Source: Eledone cirrhosa | Taxonomy: Eukaryota | Direction of reading: 5' to 3' | Length of the DNA stretch: 64,000 nucleotides | Assembly (NCBI GenBank): GCA_964016885.1 | Contig: OZ024740.1 | Span: forward strand, 33,914,001 to 33,978,000 | In this document: in pieces, positions 41,921 through 56,650 of the stretch | Position numbering within the stretch: the first letter of the stretch is position 1 | Layout: every line of letters starts with the position of its first letter | Notes under the pieces: model-generated | Database searches by the model: none | Seen by the model: the letters and a program-made list of their open reading frames with translations, nothing else | What the model was told of the DNA's origin: nothing | Program-made: the position numbers and the translations under genes

Positions 41921-43910
41921 ATGGCTAATTCAACTCTGCAACAAGCAGCTGAAAGCCTTCCTCACAAATTAACACCTCACACCGACACCACCATTGTAAA
42001 TGTTACTACGTTTGCCAACACAAAAAAAAATATAAGCAGTAGCAATATTTTAAATTTGTCTCAGGCAGACATTCATTTCCCGCCATTACCAATGACTGCA
42101 GGTGTTAAAGCCTCCACCACCACCACCGCGACAACCCCCACCCCCACCACCACCGCGACAACAGAAACAAAAGAAGAAAGAAATAAATTAACTCGTGATG
42201 TCGAAATGAAATCAAGCAAAATGGACTCTTCCCCACCAAAGACGACTGACGTCACCACCACCACAACTGAAACTAAAATTAATATTAACACAAATAACGA
42301 TAGCAACAACAACAACAATGACATTATAAAACCGACCCTCAGTTTCGCCAGAGTAGCAAAACAGTTCGAAGCATTTACGGTAACTCAGGAGGATTTAGAA
42401 AATGCCAAACAAATGGTAAAGAAAGATGAGTACAGGGTCAGCCTCACCCCCCCACCTAATAAAATGGAGCATCGGCGCCTATGCACCGTGTCGTATAGAA
42501 CAATAAATGTAAAATCGCGCCGAGTGGAACGGGCATCCGAGTCCCAAATCCAAAAAGCTTTGGGACATGTGTGGGCAAGAAAAACCCACATCAGACGTGG
42601 GCAAAAGTATGAAACCGTGGACGTGTTCTTTGAAACACCAGAGGAGGCTAGAGAACACTCCATGGCCCCATTAAGAAGTGACGACTTCACACTCGTCCCA
42701 AGCTATTGTGGCCAGAGACTCGTAAAGATCAGGGTGACCCACGTTCCACCGGCCATCGAAATTCCCTGGCTAATAGCGGCCGTCCTCGCCGGCATCGAAG
42801 CCAACACGAAAATAATAGCAATAGCAAAAGAAAAGCAGGAGAACTGGTCCGGATCTGGGATGGAGCTCCTGATCCAAGCGGACCAAAAAAGCATTGAGGA
42901 GATCCCAGAGGTAATAGACCTCACTGACGGCAGCCACCTCACGGTAATTGTCGAGGGCAGAAGACCTAGGTGTGTCGTTTGTGGTGAAGGAACCCACCTA
43001 AGGGTTTTCTGCCCTCAGGCTAAAGGTTGAGGCCACCTCTCCTACCCACCCCAGTGACACAACCATCAACACCACCAGTAGCAGAGATGGCAGCAACAAC
43101 TGTAGCAGCAACAACAGAAGCAACTATAACAGCAACAACCCCAGCAACAGTAGCAAAACCAACACCACCACCACCACCAGCAAAACCAACACCACCACCA
43201 CCCAACGCTTCAGAACTAGCACCAGCGCCTACACCATCCACCACGCCACAACCAAAACTAACGGCCGTGGAGGATTTTCCACTCCCCGGCCTATCACAAC
43301 TGGAGACAGATTGTGACGACGAGGAGTGGGAAACGATATCTGGAAAAAAAAAAGAAACCAAAAAAGAAAAAATTCTCTTCCTTCCCCCTCCAAAAACAAA
43401 ATACAGAGGGAAACAAATAAATTAAGAAACAAAAAAGTTAGGACAGATATGCCACCATCCACACCAGCATCACCAACCCCATCAACCCAAACACCAACAC
43501 CATCACCATCATTAACCCCAACACCACCATCACCTACACCACAAAAGTCACCAAAATGCGAAACAGAAACAAACCCACAACAAACGCAAACAAAACAAAA
43601 CAACCAAAACGATACACACTACACAGCATTAAATTTGAACAACAAGCAATTATTACACTACATCCAACACAACACCAGCATCACAGAAAAAGACTACACA
43701 ACAACCCCAAAATTCACACCACCTCCACACATACAAATCACTCGCATCACACAGAAAACGTACATGACACTAAAACAAAAATTCCCCAAAGACATCGGAG
43801 ACTTCCGACAAGCACTCTCCAGGAGGATTTATAAGGACATCCTTCCTGAGGAGGCCACAAGCAGTGAAAAGGATGGAAAAACCGTCCTTCCCCTACGAGA
43901 AGTAAGGTAA
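41921..43910 (+). pseudogene. LINE ORF1 (RRM-like region, CCHC knuckle, Pro/Thr-rich linker) with two frameshifts
   Basis: ATG at 41921 and knuckle CVVCGEGTHLRVFC. The frame continues through -1 shifts near 43025 and at the A-run ~43345 (EEWETISGKKKRNQKRK) to TAA 43910, 35 bp before ORF2. Confidence 0.75.
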
Positions 43911-43944
43911 GTGGTCTTTCCCATCTTTTCCACTCCTTTTCAAC

Positions 43945-46900
43945 ATGACCTCACTCAGAATAGGCAGCATAAATGCGCGTGGCTTGGGGTCGTCATGGAA
44001 GCAGGGCCACCTGCTCAACGACCTCAGGTCACTAAACATAGATGTAGTGGCCATCAGCGAGACCAGAATCTCCGAAGCACAGGCTTTCGCACCGATCTTC
44101 GGCGGCTACGATGTGTACGCATCTCCCAGCCGTCCGGGATCGGGGGGTGGAGTTGCTGTGCTTTTTCGGAGAGGTTTGGATCTTGCCATACGGGCCATCT
44201 TCCTGGACCCAGAAGGTAAGTTGGTGGTGCTGGACGTGACCAGCGGAGACGGGCAAGCTTTCAGGTTAGTGGCCGTCTATGCCCCGACAGGAGCAGGGCG
44301 GCCTGATTTCTTCCGGCGTCTGGAGACCTTTCTTGGAACGTCCCGCTCTTTAGTGTTAGTGGGCGACTGGAACGGGATCTTAGATGCACGCTGGGATTGT
44401 GTGGGATTAGTGGATAGGGGAGGAGGGTGCAAGAGTCTCACCAACCTGCTCAGACGTTTTGAACTGTCTGACAGGTACCGAATGGATTTCCCGAATGTAC
44501 CAATGTGGACTTGGACAAATCGCATAGGGTCATCCAGATCATATCTAGATAGAGTATTTTGTAGGGAAATAGATAGGTCTAGCATAGGCTGTCCACAATT
44601 CAAGATAGTCAGCTACACGGACCACAAATTCGTGATCTGTGTGCTTGACTTAGATAGGCTTCATAGACGAGGACCCGGCTACTGGAAGCTAAACGCGTCC
44701 TTACCAGCGCGCAAGGCCTACAGAAACCGGATTAGCGAACTAGTTAAGCGGGCGTTGACGGGGGCCATCGTCAACAACAAGTGGTGGTTTGCTCTGAAAA
44801 GAGCGATTAGAATAGAATCGATTAGGTTTAGTAAGGCTTTAGCAATAGAGAAAAATAGAGCAGAGGGAGAAGTATTTAGAAAATTAGACGAGGCGCTTAG
44901 CAAAGGCATTGCGACCGACGTGCTTGCGGCGAAATTGGCCCTTGACCAATTCTTCAATGCAAAGCACGAAGGCTGCGTTGTCAGAGCTAGGGTGCGTGCT
45001 CTCAGACACGAGGGGACGAAAGCCGTTCAATGGGCCCGAGTGGCGGAGGCGCGTCGTGGCAACAAAGCCACGATCCGGTCTTTGGTGGACCACGACGGGC
45101 GCATGCTACTCGATCCCGGGCAAATGTGTGAAGCTTTTCAGCGAGACTTCGCTCAACTGTTCGGGGGCAGTGGCGGGCCGGATCGAGGTATGGACTTTAG
45201 TGTCTACCTCGACGGACTGCCGCGGCTCTCGGCCACTGAGGCGGAGTGTTGCGAAAAGCCGATAACAACCGCTGAAGTACGGGATGCAATGACTAGTTGC
45301 ACAAGGGGTAAATCGCCTGGTTTGGATGGTCTGCCCTATGAACTTTACGTACAAATGCCAAACTTGTTCGGAGGCCTCTTGGCGGACGCCTACTGCAACT
45401 GGCAACAGAACGGGAGAATTCCCAGCTCTGTGAGCCGAGGAGCGGTGGCGCTGCTGAGAAAGGATCCGAACAAGGGGGATAACATAGACAATTTTAGGCC
45501 CATAACTCTGCTAAACACAGAGTTCAAGATTTTGGCCAAGGTGCTAGCAAAGAGGTTGGCGCGTGTCGTTGGTGGTCTGGTGGGAGAGGCACAGACATGC
45601 GCCATTCCCGACAGATCCATCCACGACAACCTCCACCTCATGCGATACATCGTAGAGGGTAGCTAGGGAACCTGGCACGGGTGGGTCTTTGATCAATTTA
45701 GATCAGTCGAAAGCCTTCGATAGGGTCGACCATCGTTACCTAGCGGCAGTCCTGAGGGCGGCTGGCTTTGGGCCCGTCTTCAGAGGCTGGATCGCTGCCA
45801 TGCACAGCGACATCTGGTCTGTAGTGAGAGTGAACGGTCACCTTTCGGAACCGTTCAACATCATGCGCTCGGTCCGGCAAGGATGTCCCCTCTCGTCCCT
45901 ATTGTACGTATTGACTCTCGAGCCATTACTGCACAAACTGGAGACGTTGAGGGGGGTTCCGCGCGAACTAGGATGCGGAAGATCCGTGTCAGCATATGCC
46001 GACGATGTCACCGTAGTGGTGTCGAACGCCAAACACATCGAGGCGATCGGCACTACACTAAGAGAATACGAAGCGGTGACAGGAGCAATGATCAACCAGG
46101 AAAAGTCAGTGGGCCTGCAGCTCGGCACCTGGAGAGGCAGGTCCATGCCGTCCAACAGCGTCGTCGGGCGCTGGACGGACGGACCGGTTAAATTGCTAGG
46201 GGTCTGGTTCGGTCCAGACCTCCAGACGGACAAAAACTGGGACGAGGTGACGAGCAGGGTGGCTTCTCTCACCCAGAAATGGGCCGAGAGGAAGCTATCC
46301 CTGAAAGGTCGAGCGGAGGTGGCGAATGCGTACATCGCATCCGTCATCTACTACCGCCTGACCGTCGTACCTTGTCCTAAGCCCCGCCTGACTGCGCTGG
46401 AGCGTTTGCTCTTTCGCTTCTTGTGGAAGGGACGCGCTCAGATGGTCAGGCGGTCCATCTGCTGTCAACACCCGCTACGTGGAGGGCTGGGCATGCCGTG
46501 GCTGATGATGCGCAGACACGCGCTCAGGCTACGACATCTCCACCTCTTCCTCGACGGTGATCAGGTGTGGTCGCCGTTTGCAAGACACGTTTTTCCCCAG
46601 CTCGTCTCCTTGACGGAGCTGCAGTCCTGGGTCAAGCGAAGACCGAGAGGGAGCGCTTGGAGACTGGAATGTCTTCAGGCGCTCACAGCCCTCGACCAAT
46701 CGGGCAATGTGATCGGTGGAAACTCCACCTTGGCGTTCTATAGGGGATTAGTGGAGGGGAAGAGCGACGACGTACTTGGAGAAACTCTAGGCGTCGACGA
46801 AAATCAACTAGCCAATCTCTTCGGAAGGACTTTCGGGCCGGGGCCTATGGACAACTTCCAGAAATCCCTGGCCTGGCAGTGCTACCGAGGAGCTTTGCCA

Positions 46901-47362
46901 GTTCGGGATAAACTCTACAGGCATGGAGGTGCTGTCAGCCGGGCATGTCCGAGATGCGCGCAGGGCGACGAAACCGTCCTGCACGCACTCGTCCAGTGTC
47001 CGAGCATTGCTGACTTGTGGGTTTATGTCGAACACCTGCTGTCACGTGTAGGACGGATCCAGCTATCAGCTGAGTCCATCGTGAGGATTGCCCCGCCCCC
47101 TTCCTTTAGCCTGGAAGGGCAGGCAGTTTTTATCTGTCTGGTGGCCATGGCGAAAGAGATAGTATGGTGGACACGTTTGAAAGGGCTGAAGACGAGCACT
47201 TACCTCTTCGGTGATGCCCTGATTAACTTTTTCAAATTTCATTTGAAAAGGAAAATCAGGGTAGAGAGGGAAGTGCTCTCTTCCCAGCATTTTGTTGAAA
47301 GATGGGTGAGAGAAGTAAGTATGGCCCGAATGAATGGGCCTTCTCTGTGTATGTGTCTGTAA
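43945..47362 (+). pseudogene. LINE ORF2 (AP endonuclease, reverse transcriptase, C-terminal zinc finger) with one frameshift
   Basis: SINARG, ISET, VYAP, GDWN, YLDR, TDH; KSPGLDG, FRPITLLN, DQSKAFD, RQGCPLS, AYADD; CPRC..ETVLHALVQC. Single frameshift near 45657. Confidence 0.93.
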
Positions 47363-47604
47363 ATTAAAGGTGTAAAACTGGGAGAGGGCACTTGCCCTGG
47401 TGGTCAGTGCCACTGTGGTCTTTTAATGGGCTTTCTCCACAAATGTCCCTTGGAAGTCTCCCCCCTATTGGGGAATTTTTCTTTGTTATTTTATTTCAAC
47501 CTCTGTTTTTTTACACGCAGAAATGCCCATTTGTACCGTCCTGTATTGTCCTGTACTGTCCTTAATGTCTACTTTATGTGAACCCTTGTGGTTAATAAAG
47601 AAAA

Positions 47605-47605
<1 letters not shown>

Positions 47606-47667
<62 letters not shown>
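47606..47667. repeat. (ATT)n microsatellite / LINE tail
   Basis: About 20 ATT units. Confidence 0.95.
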
Positions 47668-47668
<1 letters not shown>

Positions 47669-47858
47669 AGACCTGAATATGTCCCTTGTTATCCTGGTAG
47701 ATTGGAATCATATTTTTGTGGATGAAATGGTAAATCAGTAAATAAATATATATATCATTCAATTATTGATGCTCTGAATCAAGGTCCATTGAGCTTATTC
47801 ATTAAGAAACATGATCATCATACATATATTAAATATGTATTGATACCTTAACATAGTA

Positions 47859-48084
47859 GGCATACGTCAAAACGGCCGGTCGCAAAAGTGAAACTAATTT
47901 TTGACAGTTACGTACGTCATTACGTTAATTTTGGATTGTGAAATTGTTTGTTTTTTATGCCTATATATATATATGCATACATACATACATACATATATGT
48001 ATACATATGCGTATATATATACATACGCACATATATATGTATATACACACACACAATATATATGTATGTATATACAGACATATA

Positions 48085-48121
<37 letters not shown>

Positions 48122-48245
48122 CTGTTGGCTTCACGCTCACAATTATTTCTATACTTTCATTTATATATATATATCATCATCATCATCATCAACGTTTAAC
48201 GTCCGTGTTCCACGCTTGCATGGGTTTGGACGGGGGTTTTCCCCA

Positions 48246-48293
<48 letters not shown>

Positions 48294-48448
48294 ATATATA
48301 TATATATATGGCATAATATATATATATATATATGGCATATATATATTGTAAAAAAACAAACAATTTCACAATCCAAATTGAAAGAAATGACGTACGTAAC
48401 TGTCAAAAATTAGTTTCACTTTTGCGACTGGCCATTTTGACGTATGCC
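47859..48448. mobile_element. Non-autonomous Mutator-like (MULE) DNA transposon
   Basis: ~98-bp TIRs starting GGCATACGTCAAAA and a perfect 9-bp TSD AACATAGTA (47850-47858 / 48449-48457). The interior is TA-rich microsatellite plus a short RTE-type 3' tail at ~48175-48240. Confidence 0.88.
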
Positions 48449-48517
48449 AACATAGTATACGTATATATATATATATAAATATATGTATGTAGGTATGTTT
48501 TTGTTTTTTGTTTTAAA

Positions 48518-48571
<54 letters not shown>

Positions 48572-48572
<1 letters not shown>

Positions 48573-48745
48573 TATTCCGGGTTCAATCGGGGTAACCACA
48601 GTAAGTAAAGTACTCAATACATAGCAGAGTATAAATGTTTTAATATAGAAAAGCTTCTACAGGATTAGAACTGTTTCATTCGTGAGAAATCATCAGGGCA
48701 TCCTGATGATTTCTCACGAATGAAACAGTTCTAGTCCTGTAGAAG

Positions 48746-48752
<7 letters not shown>
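48572..48752 (-). mobile_element. Penelope-like pseudo-LTR remnant with a 51-bp foldback
   Basis: Arms 48647-48697 / 48702-48752 with a 4-nt loop, each carrying CTGATGA..GAAAC. Flanked by (TA)n and (CT)n. Confidence 0.6.
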
Positions 48753-48833
<81 letters not shown>

Positions 48834-48884
48834 ATACAATGACTATCCAGAGAACCTTCAACCATCAAGGTTGTTTTTCCGTGG

Positions 48885-51466
<2,582 letters not shown>

Positions 51467-51540
51467 TAAAAGGAATTCCAACTTTGTCTGATTTACTCGT
51501 TTTATTTACAATTCTTTAAAATTATATCAAGTCAAGTTTG

Positions 51541-51573
<33 letters not shown>

Positions 51574-51719
51574 TTTTGAGTTTATGTTGGTTGTATACCA
51601 ACACCTCAGTATGCAGTCTGGAGCACTCGACGAAGTGCGCAGGTTGGTTTGGTTACTCCGGAGTAGTGTAAAATAAAGTTAAATAAAAGTCAAATGATTA
51701 AAATTTAGCTTCGTTTATT

Positions 51720-51774
51720 ACTACTATATATATTTCAGTGACAGCCATCTTTGGCTGTGACCTCTTCAGGCAGT
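51720..51774 (-). ncRNA. Minimal type I hammerhead ribozyme (inverted copy)
   Basis: Same motif on the minus strand. The 3' strand of stem I is GTAGT, giving one G-U wobble. Confidence 0.8.
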
Positions 51775-51967
51775 TTGAATTAGTATGGTATAGACAAGTA
51801 CATATGTTGTTTAGGTGTATAATATTGTCAATACTCTGATATGCCCAGTTCCTTGTTGGGTTGTTAATTCACTGAGGAACTGGAGTCATATGACTGGGCA
51901 TATCAGAGTATTGACAATATTATACACCTAAACAACATATGTACTTGTCTATACCATACTAATTCAA

Positions 51968-52022
51968 ACTGCCTGAAGAGGTCACAGCCAAAGATGGCTG
52001 TCACTGAAATATATATAGCAGT
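51968..52022 (+). ncRNA. Minimal type I hammerhead ribozyme
   Basis: Stem I ACTGC/GCAGT; core CTGAAGA; stem II GGTCACAGCCA-AAGA-TGGCTGTCACT; GAAA; palindromic stem III TATATA; TA cleavage site. Confidence 0.85.
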
Positions 52023-52091
52023 AATAAACGAAGCTAAATTTTAATCATTTGACTTTTATTTAACTTTATTTTATATATATATATATATATA

Positions 52092-53300
52092 ATTTAATAC
52101 AATAACAGAGAAAGCTTTAAGCTAAACTCTGACTGGCTACCATCTCACTCAACAAACATTAGGATATACGTTAGTATAATCCCAATTTTGTGTTTGGGGT
52201 GCTAACTATATGTATTTTGTGGAAAGCCAGTTGTATTATTTTATATGAGATATAATTAAAATTAAAATATATCTCTCTTTCCAAACACTTGTTTCATTAT
52301 AAGTTTTCTACAAGTTGGGAGAATGTTTCCGGTTTATGTAGAAGCCTACATATTTTTCTGTAAGAACACATGCAGGTGGGCACTTATAAATCATCAGTGG
52401 ATGCCCATCAAACTTTGATATAAGAAAAATTTTCTTACCGCAGTTATTTTTCGTGTCAGCTAAGTCGTCCCTTCACGCATCATAATGACCGCCAAATTTG
52501 AAATTCCAGCAGTCTTTAGACTGAGGAATTTCACAGCGTCACGAAGCGGAAAAGGGAGGTAATCGCGAAACACAAGAAAGTAAAATAATATACACGTGGG
52601 TTAATTAGTTTTTTTAAAAACAATTTTAATCCTGCGTGTTAAGAACGCAATTAATTTAAAAAAAATAAATGTATCCATGTATTAATTACACACGCATATA
52701 GATATTTTCTTAGGCTAAAAACAGAGAAGTGATACCTAAATAACAAACAATATCTCATAACAGTAATAAATACGGAAAGTTACGTTTAAAAGGTATCTGG
52801 AAATATAATTCTTTGGCCAAATCAAGAGTAAAATATTTAATACAATAACAGAGAAAGCTTTAAGCTAAACTCTGACTGGCTACCATCTCACTCAACAAAT
52901 ATTAGGATATACGTTAGTATAATCCCAATTTTGTGTTTGGGGTGCTAACTATATGTATTTTGTGGAAAGCCAGTTGTATTATTTTATATGAGATATAATT
53001 AAAATTAAAATATATCTCTCTTTCCAAACAATTGTTTCATTATAAGTTTTCTACAAGTTGGGAGAATGTTTCCGGTTTATGTAGAAGCCTACATATTTTT
53101 CTGTAAGAATACATGCAGGTGGGCACTTGTAAATCATCAGTGGATGCCCATCAAACTTTGATATAAGAAAACATTTCTTACCGCAGTTATTTTTCGTGTC
53201 AGCTAAGTCGTCCCTTCACGCATCATAATGACCGCCAAATTTGAAATTCCAGCAGTCTTTAGACTGAGGAATTTCACAGCGTCACGAAGCGGAAAAGGGA
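52092..53300. repeat. Direct duplication of a ~465-bp segment
   Basis: atttaatacaataacagagaaag...gaagcggaaaaggga at ~52092-52557 and ~52835-53300, nearly identical. Confidence 0.92.
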
Positions 53301-53303
53301 AGC

Positions 53304-54640
53304 AATATATACATACATGCACACATATACATATATGTACGTATGGATTCACTGAACATTTATTATAATGCTCGGTGTGTTTGTAAACAAACATCCCGTA
53401 TTAAGCCATAGTGTCTAGCAACTATCGTTGCTCGTTTGTTCAACACTGACAAAGTAACGCCGTACTAGTTTCAAGCTTATTAGCTATCGTCAACAACGTA
53501 TACCTTCCTGCCAGATTGTTGAACATATATACTTACCTTATGCATATTAACGGCTAGTAGCCCAATTTGCATATCGAGTGGGTTAATCGGCCGGGTGCAC
53601 CGAAAACGATAAACGGAAAAAATGAAACGAAATTTCATTTCCCACTCTTAGTACGGCTGTTACTTAAATACAAGTATGTACACGTACATACATATATGTA
53701 TACAGACGTACAGTAGTATGTATATATATATATACATACATGCACACATATACATATATGTACGTATGGATTCACTGAACATTTATTATAATGCTCGGTG
53801 TGTTTGTAAACAAACATCCCGTATTAAGCCGTAGTGTCTAGCAACCATCGTTGCTCGTTTGTTCAACACTGACAAAGGAACGCCGTACTAGTTTCAAGCT
53901 TATTAGCTATCGTCAGCAACGTATACCTTCCTGCCAGATTGTTGAACGTATATACTTACCTTATGCATATTAACGGCTGAGTAGCCCAATTTGCATATCG
54001 AGTGGGTTAATCGGTCGGGTGCACCGAAAACGATAAACGGAAAAAATGAAACGAAATTTCATTTCCCACTCTTAGTACGGCTGTTACTTAAATACAAGTA
54101 TGTACACGTACATACATATATGTATACAGACGTAGAGTAGTATGTATATATATACACATACATGCACACATATATATATGTACGTATGGATTCACCGAAC
54201 ATTTATTATAATGCTCGGTGTGTTTGTAAACAAACATCCAGAATTAAGCCGTACAGTGTCTAGCAACCATCGTTGCTCATTTGTTCAACCCTGACAAAGG
54301 AATGCTGTACTAGTTTCAAGCTTATTAGCTATCGTCAGCAACGTATGCCTTCCTGCCAGATGGTTCAACGTCTGAAAGTATATACTTTCCTTATGCATAT
54401 TAACGGCTGAGCAGCCTAATTTGCATATCGAGTGAGTTAATCGGCCGGGGTACCGAAAACGATAAACGGAAAAAATGAAACGAAATTTCATTTCTCACTC
54501 TTAGTACGGCTGTTACTTAAATATAACTATGTACACGTACATACATATATGTATACAGACGTAGAGTAGTATGTATATATATATACATACATGCATATAT
54601 ATATATATATATATGTACGTATGGATTCACCGAACATTTA
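53304..54640. repeat. Tandem repeat of a ~423-bp unit, 3 copies plus a partial
   Basis: gtacgtatggattcac recurs at ~53337, ~53760, ~54180 and ~54615. Confidence 0.92.
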
Positions 54641-54704
54641 TATATATATAAATGAAATTAGATATATATACTAAGTTTATTTTTGTAAGTAGCAAATAAT
54701 TAAT

Positions 54705-54775
54705 TGTTTCTACTTTAGGCACAAGGCCAGCAATCACCCAGTGTATTACTGGTACTTTTACTATTCACAAATAAT
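54705..54775 (-). mobile_element. 5'-truncated SINE family A
   Basis: Tail portion only, with a 17-bp TSD AGTAGCAAATAATTAAT (54688-54704 / 54776-54792). Confidence 0.75.
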
Positions 54776-56049
54776 AGTAGCAAATAATTAATACTAACAA
54801 ATATGTATGTTTATTCTCTAACAAATCCCACTCAGCTGGTTTCGTTTCGACTTCCGCCAACGACAGCAACTTGGAGGAAAGCCCGCCAAATCTATTCACA
54901 TGGATTTAGTGAACGAACCAACTTTGAAGGAATCAAATCTATAGTAGTGTCTTCTTTCTACACAAAGTTCCGTTTCTTTTGCAACAAAATGACTGACCCA
55001 GGACAGGTAAAGTTGTAGAATTGTTATTAATCTTCTATAAATTCAGTAGTAAGGTTTCTATATGTGATATTAAAATTGTGGTAAAAAAAAAAAACTTTCA
55101 TTTATCGATATAATAATAATACTTCACATTGATTCTGTATATTTTTATATTTTAGTATTTAAAAACAGCAATTGAACATAAATATTCAATCTTATTTATA
55201 TGTTATCCACTCCTCTTCGATTAACGGAATCGAAAAGATGTTTTATTATTTTTTCTCACATTTTAATGACAATCAATAATGAAATCCAGATTAAATCCCG
55301 TGTTTTTATTATTTCCAATTATCGTAAGTGGTCAGCTGTGATTGAGCATTGACTATGATCAAAGGCGCTGCAGCCGTGACCATCTCGTCTTTATGTATAC
55401 TTACAACTACATTGTTTAATGTGGCCTTTTTAAATATGGCAAGGAGGAAGGGGTTTGACTGCTATTTCTAGCAATTCAAATGACTGCAACTGTTGGCTCG
55501 TCGTCTCTCTCTATATAATATATATATATTTGTGGTCGGTTTATATTTCGCTTTAATGAAAGATCTATTTTAACTTTATCACCATTCAACAAATATGCTT
55601 ATTCAAATTTTTATAACTTTTCAATGACAATCATAAACTTTTAATTCTAATTTTTTTTAATGAGCTTATTATTATTACACTTTGATCAAACTAGAGATAT
55701 TTACAAGAAATGAAATTGGAATTAAAATTTCATAGAGTATAGAAATGTTTGTTTCTAGAAAGTATAGTAGTTTCAACTATTTTATGAATGAGTTGTTGAA
55801 GCAGCTGATATCTAAACTTGGCTCCATTGTTCTCCAACACCCGCCAAAAGTTTAGCTTTACCGGATATTACACAGCTGATTTATTTTCCCGGCATTTCAC
55901 CCCTATGTCTCAAAAACGATGCTAAACTTATAATCACACACACACATATATAGCGTGGATGTAAGGAAAACTAATGTAGAATATATTTTTTTAAATGTTT
56001 CGATTGTAACGATATAAGGTAAAATTTGAGGAAATATGAAATAACTAAA

Positions 56050-56180
56050 TATTTAACTATTATTAGACAGTTTAAAAACACTTAACTATTATTAGACAGT
56101 TTGAAGATAATTACTTAGAGACTTAACTATTTTAGGCAATTTGAAAATACTTAACTATTAAGTAGTTTGAAAACACTTAT
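56050..56180. repeat. Degenerate ~30-bp minisatellite
   Basis: cttaactattattagacagtttgaa-like unit repeated about 4 times. Confidence 0.6.
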
Positions 56181-56489
56181 GGCATTTATAGTCCTTTCCA
56201 ATGCTGCTTTCTTTTTCTGTATGTTTGACTAAAAATTCTAAATCTATCTATGTATCTAAATTACCACAATAAAGATTGTTTTTTTTACTTACTATTATTT
56301 AACTAGAATTAGACAGTTTGAAGAGAAATGTAAAGTAATTAATTATTTAAATATTAGGTTCCTTCAAAGACAGTTTGATGAGGCGTTTTTTAATTTCTCG
56401 TCCAGTTTTAACTTTAAAAAAATGCTATAACGACAATTAGCTGTGGTTATTTTCGAGACCATCAGTTTAGTATTATTAAATTTAAACTT

Positions 56490-56650
56490 GGGTGAATTGG
56501 CAGTATTGGTAAAGAGTCAGACATGCTTTCCAGCGTAGTTACGTCCCTTTCCCGCCGAGGTTAACTTTGCTTTTCATCCTGACGGGGTCGATAAAATATA
56601 GTACCAGTAATGTACTGCTGATTGCTGGCCTTGTGCCAAAAGTAGAAACA
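56490..56650 (+). mobile_element. SINE family A copy with the B-box deleted
   Basis: Perfect 18-bp TSD ATTATTAAATTTAAACTT (56472-56489 / 56651-56668). Confidence 0.9.

Larger units (their letters stand above)
41714..47605 (+). mobile_element. Near-full-length Tx1/L1-clade LINE inserted in (ATT)n
   Basis: 5' UTR, ORF1, ORF2 (APE-RT-zinc finger), and a 3' UTR ending AATAAAGAAAAC. (ATT)n lies on both sides (41690-41713 and 47606-47667). Confidence 0.95.
51571..52073. mobile_element. Penelope-like pseudo-LTR remnant with 181-bp inverted arms
   Basis: Arms 51669-51849 and 51893-52073 are nearly identical and each holds a hammerhead. Flanked by (TA)n. Confidence 0.75.

Noticed and set aside
42073-47413. 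Antisense ORFs over the Tx1 LINE (and plus-strand ORFs over the RTE)
   Set aside because: Shadow frames of GC-rich TE coding sequence with no recognisable domains.
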